From positions 1-24,792 of IMG/VR virus record IMGVR_UViG_3300035037_000345: a stretch of DNA of 24,792 nucleotides, one strand, 5' to 3'. The notes under the pieces were generated by a model. The model was not told the origin of the DNA, did not search any database, and saw only the letters and a program-made list of their open reading frames with translations. Source of the stretch: a virus (lineage: Duplodnaviria > Caudoviricetes). This document shows, piece by piece, positions 1 to 7,125 of this stretch (position 1 is its first letter; every line of letters starts with the position of its first letter). The position numbers were made by a program, and so were the translations under genes.

Positions 1-177
1 TACTGGCCGGGCAGGCTCTCAAAGGAGCGAGCTTTACGTCCGTTCCTCAGTTGCGCGAACACATCGCCGCCTTCATAGAAAGCTACAACGATAGCGCCAA
101 ACCGTTCTGCTGGACAAAAACTTCCGTCTCGCAAAAAGGATTTACAAAATGTCTCACGGATTTATGATTCCGGGTAC
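1..177 (+). mobile_element. IS630-family insertion sequence, 3' part with right terminal inverted repeat
   Basis: Transposase C-terminus ends at 167, followed by TTTATGATTCCGGGTAC (161-177). Its reverse complement GTACCCGGAATCATAAA resembles GTACCCTGCGTCATTTA at 24720. Confidence 0.8.
3..167 (+). CDS. IS630-family transposase, C-terminal fragment (partial at window edge)
   Basis: Manual translation LAGQALKGASFTSVPQLREHIAAFIESYNDSAKPFCWTKTSVSQKGFTKCLTDL*; the GASFTSV...I..FI..YN..AKPF.WT pattern is typical of IS630 transposase C-termini. Absent from the ORF track. Confidence 0.85.
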   Translation: MAGQALKGASFTSVPQLREHIAAFIESYNDSAKPFCWTKTSVSQKGFTKCLTDL

Positions 178-378
178 AAGAGCGAAGAACATCTCGATTC
201 CAAACAACTGGCCAAACGCTGGAATATTTCCCACCGGACGCTGGACCGTTGGCGATGGCAAGGCAAGGGACCGAAATTCGTCAAAATCGGCGGGCGCGTC
301 GTTTACCGACTCAAGGATGTTGAAGAATACGAATCCAAACATATCTGCCAAAACACTGTGTATGGAGGCCGGTCATGA
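178..378 (+). pseudogene. AlpA/excisionase-like helix-turn-helix protein, start codon missing next to the IS630 end
   Basis: Manual translation KSEEHLDSKQLAKRWNISHRTLDRWRWQGKGPKFVKIGGRVVYRLKDVEEYESKHICQNTVYGGRS*. No in-frame ATG/GTG/TTG back to the stop at 76-78. Stop overlaps the next ATG (ATGA 375-378). Confidence 0.8.
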
Positions 379-1190
379 GCACGAACGCCTTCGAAAAACA
401 CGGTATCGAACACCTGTCCGCCAGCAGCCTTAATCTTGCCCGGCACAGCCTGGCCCTCTGGACAATCCGTTATCTCAAAGACGTCAAGGGCCGCAGCAAT
501 ATGCCCATGTATGCCGGTATTGCCGTTGAAAATGCCGTGTCGTGCGGCCTGTTCAATCCCAACATGCCGGTCAGCGAATGTGTCCATATTGCCGTTGATG
601 GCTTTAAACGAAAAACAGCCCTTGGTGGTTTTGACCCGGACCAGCGGCAGGCAAAGCTGGAAGAAATAGCAGGCCGCGAACCGGAAGGCCGGAAGAAGGG
701 CTTTGACGGCATGGTTGCCAATGCCCTGAACGTCCTGCGCGATTACGGCATGCCGGACAGGCCGGAAGACGGCAAGCGCCAGCACAAAGTTGAAGTTTAC
801 CTGGACGGTATTCCCGTGCCGGTTATCGGCTACAAGGATTTTGTTTTTGATCACCACGGCCTTGATATTGACCTGAAAACAACGGCCCGCATGCCAAGCG
901 ATATGAGCGCGGATCACCAGTTACAAGGTGCCGTGTATTGGCAAGCCAGCGGCAACCGGTCGCAGCGTTTTTGCTATGTCACGAAAGCGGATTGCAAAAC
1001 GCTGGAACTCACGCCGGAAGCTGCCCGTGAAGCAATAAAAACCGCCACCGGCATAGCGCATTGCCTGCAACGGTTTTTATCCCTGTCCGATGATCCGGAC
1101 GAACTCGCAAACCTGACGATCCCTGATTACAGCACGTTCCGGTGGGATGACATCACCATCGGTGCGGCAAGGGAGATTTGGGGATTCTAA
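375..1190 (+). CDS. PD-(D/E)XK nuclease family protein (phage recombination exonuclease-like)
   Basis: N-terminal HLSASSLN, then GYKDF...DIDLKTT and HQLQGAVY motifs; GGAGG upstream; position in an early replication/recombination module. Confidence 0.75.
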   Translation: MSTNAFEKHGIEHLSASSLNLARHSLALWTIRYLKDVKGRSNMPMYAGIAVENAVSCGLFNPNMPVSECVHIAVDGFKRKTALGGFDPDQRQAKLEEIAGREPEGRKKGFDGMVANALNVLRDYGMPDRPEDGKRQHKVEVYLDGIPVPVIGYKDFVFDHHGLDIDLKTTARMPSDMSADHQLQGAVYWQASGNRSQRFCYVTKADCKTLELTPEAAREAIKTATGIAHCLQRFLSLSDDPDELANLTIPDYSTFRWDDITIGAAREIWGF

Positions 1191-1221
1191 CCACACAGCA
1201 AACCAGAAAGGAGACTTTACA

Positions 1222-1890
1222 ATGCCTTTAAAATTCCAGGACGGCGGAAACTTCAAACCGCACATACGTTACAAAGCCAGCACATCATCATGGGAGATTT
1301 CTTCCGAAAACGGGATGCAGACACTGCAATTGCAGCCTTCCGTTTTCGATCTGGAGAATATCAAGACCGGGTGGGGTGCTTTTGCTGAAAATACCGCGCC
1401 CGAATGGGTTTGGGACCCCAGCCTTGAACAGCAAAATGCAAAACCGGCAGATGACCGTGAATGGATGCACGGTTTTAGCGTCAATATCCTGCTACCCAAG
1501 GAATATGAGCCGGAACGGTTGCGGGAATTCGCGACAACTTCTACCGGGGCCAAGGAAGGGATCAAGGCGCTTTATGCCCAGTATGAAGAGCAAAAAGGCC
1601 ATAATCCCGGCAAGGTGCCTGTCGTGCAATACCAAGGCGCAACCCCGGCCCGGATTGGCAAGGGGAACACAAATATTCCCACGCTGGCCATTGTGAAATG
1701 GATCGACCGTCCGGCGGCGCTGGATGAAAATTCACAGCAAAACAGCCAGCCGCAGAACTACGCTGCCCAAGGCGGGTTTGCCCAGCCGCAACAACCGCCT
1801 GCGCAACCGGCACAGCAACCCGCGGCCAATCCCGTGCAGCCACCGGCAAGCCCGCAGGGCGGCAATGACCTGATGGAAACGGACTTTTAA
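1222..1890 (+). CDS. Putative single-stranded DNA-binding or annealing protein
   Basis: AGGAGA RBS supports a start at 1222 rather than 1147; aromatic-rich beta-type core, Q/P-rich linker and acidic C-terminus (DLMETDF); lies between nuclease and primase-helicase. Confidence 0.55.
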   Translation: MPLKFQDGGNFKPHIRYKASTSSWEISSENGMQTLQLQPSVFDLENIKTGWGAFAENTAPEWVWDPSLEQQNAKPADDREWMHGFSVNILLPKEYEPERLREFATTSTGAKEGIKALYAQYEEQKGHNPGKVPVVQYQGATPARIGKGNTNIPTLAIVKWIDRPAALDENSQQNSQPQNYAAQGGFAQPQQPPAQPAQQPAANPVQPPASPQGGNDLMETDF

Positions 1891-1904
1891 CCACCTTGTA
1901 AACC

Positions 1905-1929
1905 GGGCTGCCCGGTTGCCGGGCAGCCC
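1905..1929 (+). other. 11-bp perfect GC hairpin without a U-tract
   Basis: GGGCTGCCCGG-TTG-CCGGGCAGCCC in the intergenic region; function unknown. Confidence 0.45.
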
Positions 1930-1956
1930 CCTATCACTGATTTAGGAGAACGGATC

Positions 1957-4074
1957 ATGACACATGATGAAGCCGAAGATATTTTGCGTCCTGACGAAGC
2001 GGAGATGATTAGGCATCTCGATCATCTTTTCGGTAACAATCTGGACGGTTGCCAGGAAGGAATGGTCGAACTGGCATGGACGGACCCGGAAACAGGGCAC
2101 CTGTCACACGGCAAGCTTTTCGGGACGGACCAGTTTTATGAACTCGCTGAAGAAGCTTGCCAGCTTAATGTACAGCCTAACTGCAATGTCTATATAGGAG
2201 CGGCGCTGCGTAAACCGGACGCACAAAACGGACGGTGCGGCGATAATGATTTTTATGCCCTGACTGCCTATTACGCCGACCTTGATGACGAAAGCGCGGC
2301 GCAAGGTGTAAAACAGCGGATTAACGAGTACCATAACCAGTGCCTGCCGACGGCAGCCGTCATGACCGGCACACAACCCCATCCCCGTGTGCAGTTATGG
2401 TGGAAGCTGGAAACGCCGGACCGCGATCCTGACCACTGCCGGGCCGTAACCGGAGCTGTTGCCATGGCGCTTGGCGGGGACAGGACCGTGATCAACCCGT
2501 CCCGTGTCATGCGCTTGGCAGGTAGCATTGCATGGCCTGTCAAGCAAGGACGGATCAAGGAACGCACCAAGCTTAAATTATTCCAGGATGGCCGGAAGCC
2601 CGTTCTCATGGAAGGTGAAATGGACCGGGCGTTTCCCTATCAAACCTATGCGCATATCCAGACGCCCGGCGACGTTGAAGCCGGACAGGACGTTATAAAA
2701 GACGGACTGGACCGTGTCACCGATGGCCGTGAACGGTATATGACGAAGGTTATTGCCGGTGTAATGGCCAATATGGTGCGCGAGGATGGGAACTATCCAA
2801 CTGCCGATGAATTGTTTGAAAAGGCATGGCCGGTTTATGAATCCAACGTCAAACCCCGTGCGGGCAACCTTGAAGAGGAAGGCCGCGGGCCTACAGCTTT
2901 CCGGCAAAAAGTCGAATATGCGTTGCGGCGCTTGCATGCCGGTAAAATCCGGGGACTGGAATCACTGGAAGACGCCGCCATAGATTCTGCCGTTGAAAAG
3001 GCACTGTCCGGCGATGAAACCGGTGCGCCCGACACCCGTTCCGGCCCTGTCAGTGCCGCCTCGTTGGGACAATTCCCGCCTGAACGGGAATGGATTATCA
3101 AAGACTGGCTGCCCAAGAACACCGTAACGGCCCTTTACGGCGACGGCGGGACCGGCAAGACGCTGCTGGCGCAACAACTGGCAACCTGCCTTGTCACGGG
3201 GCGTCCTTGGCTGGGGATGGAGATAGAAAAGCCGGGCAAGGCTCTCTGCATTTTCTGCGAAGATGATTACAACGAATTGTGGCGGCGTCAGGTTGCCGTG
3301 GAAGACAGCCTGAACATCTTCACGAAAAACCAGGTGTCCAATCTCTGGCTTTGGCCCAGCGTCGGTCATGACAACCTGCTTGTGACATTTGATATGGCCG
3401 GTAACCCGAAAGCCACGGCCTTTTATGACCTGCTTTTAAAAACCGTTGCTTATCATGACCCGGATCTTCTTGTCCTGGATACGGCCGCGGACCTTTTCGG
3501 CGGCAATGAAAACAATCGCTCGCAGGTTAATTTCTTCATAAAATCAATTCTCGGCAGTTTTTGTGTCGAAACCAACACCACAATCCTGCTGCTGGCGCAC
3601 CCGTCCGTGACCGGCCTGAATACCGGCACCGGCTTTGGCGGATCGACCGCATGGAATAACGCTGTCCGGTCCCGTTGGTATTTAAGCCGGGCGGATGAAG
3701 GTATGGATGACCAACGTGTCCTGACGCGCAAGAAGTCCAATTATTCCAAGGCCGGTGATGACGAACGGATCGACATGATGTGGTCGGACGGTTCGTTCAA
3801 ATTGCCCAGCTCCCCGGACATGATTGACCGTATCCAGCAAAAGAACCTTAAGAACAACATCCTGGATGCGATTGAGGAAGCTTGGGAGAAAGGCACACCT
3901 ATCACCAAGCAACAAGGCTCCCGTCCCTATAAGGAAGTGTTGCCCCGGCTTCTCGGTGAAAGCGGCAAGCTTGTGGCTAAAGCCGTCAAGGAACTGGAAT
4001 ATGACGGATATATTGCATCCAGCAAAAATTCCAATAAGCGCGGCTTCCATGTTGTGGAGAGGCCGAAATGGTAA
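1957..4074 (+). CDS. Primase-helicase fusion (RepB-type primase N-terminus, AAA_25/RepA-like helicase C-terminus)
   Basis: YADLDD and QPHPRVQLWW primase-like motifs plus SRVMRLAGS; Walker A GDGGTGKT, Walker B LLVLDT, LLAHPS and GSTAWNNAVRSRW; AGGAG RBS. Confidence 0.85.
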   Translation: MTHDEAEDILRPDEAEMIRHLDHLFGNNLDGCQEGMVELAWTDPETGHLSHGKLFGTDQFYELAEEACQLNVQPNCNVYIGAALRKPDAQNGRCGDNDFYALTAYYADLDDESAAQGVKQRINEYHNQCLPTAAVMTGTQPHPRVQLWWKLETPDRDPDHCRAVTGAVAMALGGDRTVINPSRVMRLAGSIAWPVKQGRIKERTKLKLFQDGRKPVLMEGEMDRAFPYQTYAHIQTPGDVEAGQDVIKDGLDRVTDGRERYMTKVIAGVMANMVREDGNYPTADELFEKAWPVYESNVKPRAGNLEEEGRGPTAFRQKVEYALRRLHAGKIRGLESLEDAAIDSAVEKALSGDETGAPDTRSGPVSAASLGQFPPEREWIIKDWLPKNTVTALYGDGGTGKTLLAQQLATCLVTGRPWLGMEIEKPGKALCIFCEDDYNELWRRQVAVEDSLNIFTKNQVSNLWLWPSVGHDNLLVTFDMAGNPKATAFYDLLLKTVAYHDPDLLVLDTAADLFGGNENNRSQVNFFIKSILGSFCVETNTTILLLAHPSVTGLNTGTGFGGSTAWNNAVRSRWYLSRADEGMDDQRVLTRKKSNYSKAGDDERIDMMWSDGSFKLPSSPDMIDRIQQKNLKNNILDAIEEAWEKGTPITKQQGSRPYKEVLPRLLGESGKLVAKAVKELEYDGYIASSKNSNKRGFHVVERPKW

Positions 4075-4089
4075 ACACGGTATCTCCCA

Positions 4090-4330
4090 AAAGCGGTTCG
4101 GAAAGCGGTTTGGCCCGGCATAAGCATTTCCGGCAACTGCTTACCCTGCTTTCCTTGAAAACCGGGCGCAAGCAACTGACTGCATACATTACAAAAGTGG
4201 TTAATGCGGTTGTTGGAATATCCCGTGCGGAAACAGCCCGTTACCGTGACGCGCATTCTAAGCGGTCGCTTATATATAAAAATAAACCGCTTCCGCGCTT
4301 TCGCGAATGCGCGCGGATCGGTCTTTTTTA
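4090..4330. other. Putative phage replication origin
   Basis: Intergenic stretch after the primase-helicase with AAAGCGGTT-like repeats (4090, 4102, 4194, 4203, 4259, inverted copy at 4285) and an AT core TTATATATAAAAATAAA (4270-4286) inside inverted repeats. Confidence 0.45.
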
Positions 4331-4369
4331 TCCCCCTACATCCCCGCAAAAACTGAAAGGAGAAACCTG

Positions 4370-4975
4370 ATGTCCAGGCGCTGGAACTCTTCACGCCGGT
4401 ATGATCCGGCATTGCATAAGCAAGCCATGAACATGATGGCGCCGCACGAATACGTTGTCCATTCCCTGACGGACGGTGTTGATGCTGTTGCAAAAGAAAT
4501 GGAACGAAAATGGGGTGTTGACCGCCTGCGTCTTTTGGTCAACGACCTCTTGCGGGCCAAGTTTGATAGCCAGCTTGACCGTTTTAATACCGCCCTTGCC
4601 GACGGCAACCAGCAATATATCGAAGTCCAGGCCGAAGCTATGAAACGTGCTTGGCAAAAACTGGATCAGGCGGCAACGGAAACAGGGCAAAAGCCCCTCT
4701 CCCCCAATGTTTGGGAATGCAAATTGCCGGAATCAGGACGGATCATTGCCCTTGTCCGCACACCTTCGGAAGCACACCACGTTGCCGCTCCCGACCGTGA
4801 AGTATGGACGATGGAGGAAGTCGGACGCCTGATCGAAAACTTTGCCGACAAGATTTCAGAGATCAAACAGGTCTTCCCCGGTGCTGAACTCACCGCTTTT
4901 CACAAAAAACAGGATACGGAGCCGTCTGACAAGGACGGTTTCGATTGGGCGAAGGGTGATGACATCCCCTTCTAA
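4370..4975 (+). CDS. Hypothetical phage protein
   Basis: AAAGGAG RBS before ATG 4370; helical protein (MERKWGVDRL) ending in acidic DDIPF. Confidence 0.75.
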   Translation: MSRRWNSSRRYDPALHKQAMNMMAPHEYVVHSLTDGVDAVAKEMERKWGVDRLRLLVNDLLRAKFDSQLDRFNTALADGNQQYIEVQAEAMKRAWQKLDQAATETGQKPLSPNVWECKLPESGRIIALVRTPSEAHHVAAPDREVWTMEEVGRLIENFADKISEIKQVFPGAELTAFHKKQDTEPSDKDGFDWAKGDDIPF

Positions 4976-5050
4976 ACACAACGGGTGACGGCCAGTCCGC
5001 CAAGACTTCCAGCCGTCACCCTGACCACAACTAACGAAAGGTAAATCGCT

Positions 5051-5575
5051 ATGGTCAAAGAAACACTGCCCGATAAGGGCAAAAATGAAAAGAGCCATTA
5101 CCCGCAACAGATACTGGCGCTGGATTTGGGCCAGAATACGGGATGGGCTGTAAGGCGCGATACGCAGGAAGTATTCTCCGGTATCGAGACATTCAAGCCG
5201 GGCCGGTTTGAAGGGGCAGGCATGACTTTGCTTCGTTTCCGTCACTGGCTGGATATGCTGGACGCGACAAGCGGCGGTATTGATATCTGCTTTTTCGAGG
5301 AAGTCCGGCGTCATACGGGAACGACTGCCGCGCATGTCTACGGTGCCTTTATGGGACAGCTTGAAGCATGGGCGGAACACAAAAAAATCCCCTATGCCGG
5401 TGTTCCTGTGGGCACGATCAAAAAACATGTTACCGGCAAGGGCAATGTCTCCAAAGAGGAAGTCATACGCGCCGTCATGGACCGGGGATACACGCCGATG
5501 GACGACAACGAAGCCGATGCGCTGGCCTTGTTGTTATGGGCTATCGAAGCCGGACCGGGAGGATCGCTGCTATGA
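5051..5575 (+). CDS. Phage RuvC-like Holliday junction resolvase
   Basis: ILALDLG, FFEEVRRH, VPVGTIKKHVTGKGN and DDNEADALA give the RuvC acidic residue set. Confidence 0.85.
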   Translation: MVKETLPDKGKNEKSHYPQQILALDLGQNTGWAVRRDTQEVFSGIETFKPGRFEGAGMTLLRFRHWLDMLDATSGGIDICFFEEVRRHTGTTAAHVYGAFMGQLEAWAEHKKIPYAGVPVGTIKKHVTGKGNVSKEEVIRAVMDRGYTPMDDNEADALALLLWAIEAGPGGSLL

Positions 5576-5784
5576 GAAAAGACCGTTCTTCCCTGACAAA
5601 ACTGGCTGGCCGTACTCCAAGCAATGAAGAAGATCTGGCCCTGATGCGGCGGGCGGCATGGCGCAAGCAAGGTGTCCTTGTCGTATCTCCCTCTGATAGC
5701 CGCCTTACGTGGCCGGAAAAAGAGTTTATCAAGCAAATCGCCGAAAAACTCTATGGCGGTATGGAGTCACGCCATGAAGAATAA
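5572..5784 (+). CDS. Small hypothetical phage protein (70 aa)
   Basis: ATGA overlap with the resolvase stop and GGGAGG RBS; MRKDRSSL...LYGGMESRHEE (3' part of track ORF 5368..5784). Confidence 0.7.
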   Translation: MRKDRSSLTKLAGRTPSNEEDLALMRRAAWRKQGVLVVSPSDSRLTWPEKEFIKQIAEKLYGGMESRHEE

Positions 5785-6223
5785 ACCGGACGGGCCACCG
5801 CCTGAACCGTACTGGACTGTCAAAATGATCCAGGCTCATCTGGAAAGCGCCGCGCATATCCACCGGCGCTTACCAGAAGAGAAGGTGAACGGGTATTACA
5901 GCCTGTGGCCTGAAATGATGCAGGACAACTGGTATAAATACTATTCATCCCTTGAAGCCAAGAACCGGTACGGCCCGCCCTATGCCAGGGAAGTCGATTA
6001 CATGGAATACGTCATGACATGGCTTCGCTGGCCGACGCCGCATGAACAAAGGATCATATGGGCGCGCGCCAACCGTTTGCCGTGGAAGGTGCTGGAATAC
6101 GATTTCCAAAGCTGCAAGGCCACGCTCTGGAAGTACCAGAACCAGGGACTGGTCAAAATTGCTGTCCGCTTAAATACGGTTGACCCGGAAGGCTATAAGA
6201 TTAAGGAAAGGGAAATTTATTAA
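5774..6223 (+). CDS. DUF6362-like putative late-gene transcriptional regulator
   Basis: WT...RRLPEEKVNGYYSLWPE and C-terminal HTH-like IIWARANRLPWK...KATLW; last gene before the late promoter/cos region; GGAG RBS before 5774. Confidence 0.6.
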   Translation: MKNKPDGPPPEPYWTVKMIQAHLESAAHIHRRLPEEKVNGYYSLWPEMMQDNWYKYYSSLEAKNRYGPPYAREVDYMEYVMTWLRWPTPHEQRIIWARANRLPWKVLEYDFQSCKATLWKYQNQGLVKIAVRLNTVDPEGYKIKEREIY

Positions 6224-6247
6224 CGCGCTGTTTTTTTTGACTCAAAA

Positions 6248-6268
6248 TGTTTAAACGCCGTTTAAACA
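6248..6268. promoter_or_regulatory. Operator-like inverted repeat
   Basis: TGTTTAAACG-C-CGTTTAAACA: perfect 10-bp arms in an AT-rich intergenic region. Confidence 0.4.
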
Positions 6269-6375
6269 CATTAGGGTAAACACTTTTTGCAATTTTGTGG
6301 CATGTTTTTCCTATGCTGAGGCGTCGTGCGCAAGCGCGGTAACAACCTCAAAAAATCTTCCAAAAATTTTTGTTT

Positions 6376-6471
6376 AGGTTCTTTCGGACCGAACCGTTAA
6401 GGGGCGGGCGTGGCGCAAAACTTTTCCAGCGTTCGGCCAAAAAAAGGGTGGACACCTGAAAGGGTGGACAC
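6376..6471 (+). other. Lambda-like cos site (cosQ/cosN/cosB-like)
   Basis: AGGTTCT (6376-6382; lambda cosQ GGGTCCT), GTTAAGGGGCGG (6396-6407; lambda GTTACGGGGCGG) and 13-bp direct repeats AAAGGGTGGACAC at 6443 and 6459; consistent with the GpA-type terminase. Confidence 0.6.
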
Positions 6472-6498
6472 TTTAAAAGACAATTTTCCAAGGAAAAA

Positions 6499-7125
6499 AT
6501 GAATCCTAAAATCCCTGCAATGGCTGACCAGATTGAGGTTTGGCCGGTTGAAAAGCTGCACCCTTACGCCCGGAATGCCCGGACGCATAGTGACGAACAG
6601 ATCAGCCAGATTGCCGCCAGCATGATCGAATTCGGGGTGACCACCCCGCTGCTGGTGGACACCGGGGCAGGCATTATTGCCGGACATGGCAGGCTGGAGG
6701 CAGCCAAGCTTATTGATCTTAAAGAATTGCCGGTCATTGTCCTGGACCATTTAAGCGAAGAGCAAAAACGGGCCTATGTCATTGCCGATAACAAACTGGC
6801 CGAAAATGCCGGATGGGATTACAGCCGCCTGTCGCAGGAAATCGAAGCCCTGATGGCCGATAACTTCGATGTCGGCATTACCGGCTTTTCCGACGATGAA
6901 ATATCGGAACTGCTAAGCGAAGCCGGGGATGACCTGACGGAGGGTTTTGACGGTGACGATGAAGAACGGGAGATCAAGGAATCCGATACGATTTGTGTTG
7001 TCGGCTCTTACCGCATTCCCATTTCCCGCGAGGATTACTTGCGCTGGCACGATGATATCCGGGAAAAAGTCGGTTTTGAAAAAGACGCCATACGCAAGGA
7101 AATCAGGAAGAGGCTGAAAATATGA
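6499..7125 (+). CDS. ParB/Srx N-terminal domain protein
   Basis: LHPYARNARTHSDEQISQIAASMIEFG...IIAGHGRLEAA...AYVIADNKLAENAGWD is the phage ParB-like domain commonly fused to DNA methylases; here it has an acidic linker and short basic C-terminal domain. Confidence 0.85.
   Translation: MNPKIPAMADQIEVWPVEKLHPYARNARTHSDEQISQIAASMIEFGVTTPLLVDTGAGIIAGHGRLEAAKLIDLKELPVIVLDHLSEEQKRAYVIADNKLAENAGWDYSRLSQEIEALMADNFDVGITGFSDDEISELLSEAGDDLTEGFDGDDEEREIKESDTICVVGSYRIPISREDYLRWHDDIREKVGFEKDAIRKEIRKRLKI

Noticed and set aside
149-433. Track ORF of 94 aa spanning the IS end
   Set aside because: Starts inside the IS and has no recognisable motifs; the HTH coding frame at 178-378 explains the region.
375-1190. 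Cas4 or CRISPR association of the PD-(D/E)XK nuclease
   Set aside because: No four-Cys Fe-S pattern, no cas genes and no repeat-spacer array seen in the window.
1729-1866. CAG/CCG-rich quasi-repeats
   Set aside because: Explained by the Q/P-rich linker of the SSB-like protein; not a DNA repeat array.
4068-4370. 100-aa ORF after the primase-helicase
   Set aside because: No motifs, and it runs through the repeat and AT-core ori-like region; probably non-coding, though not fully excluded.
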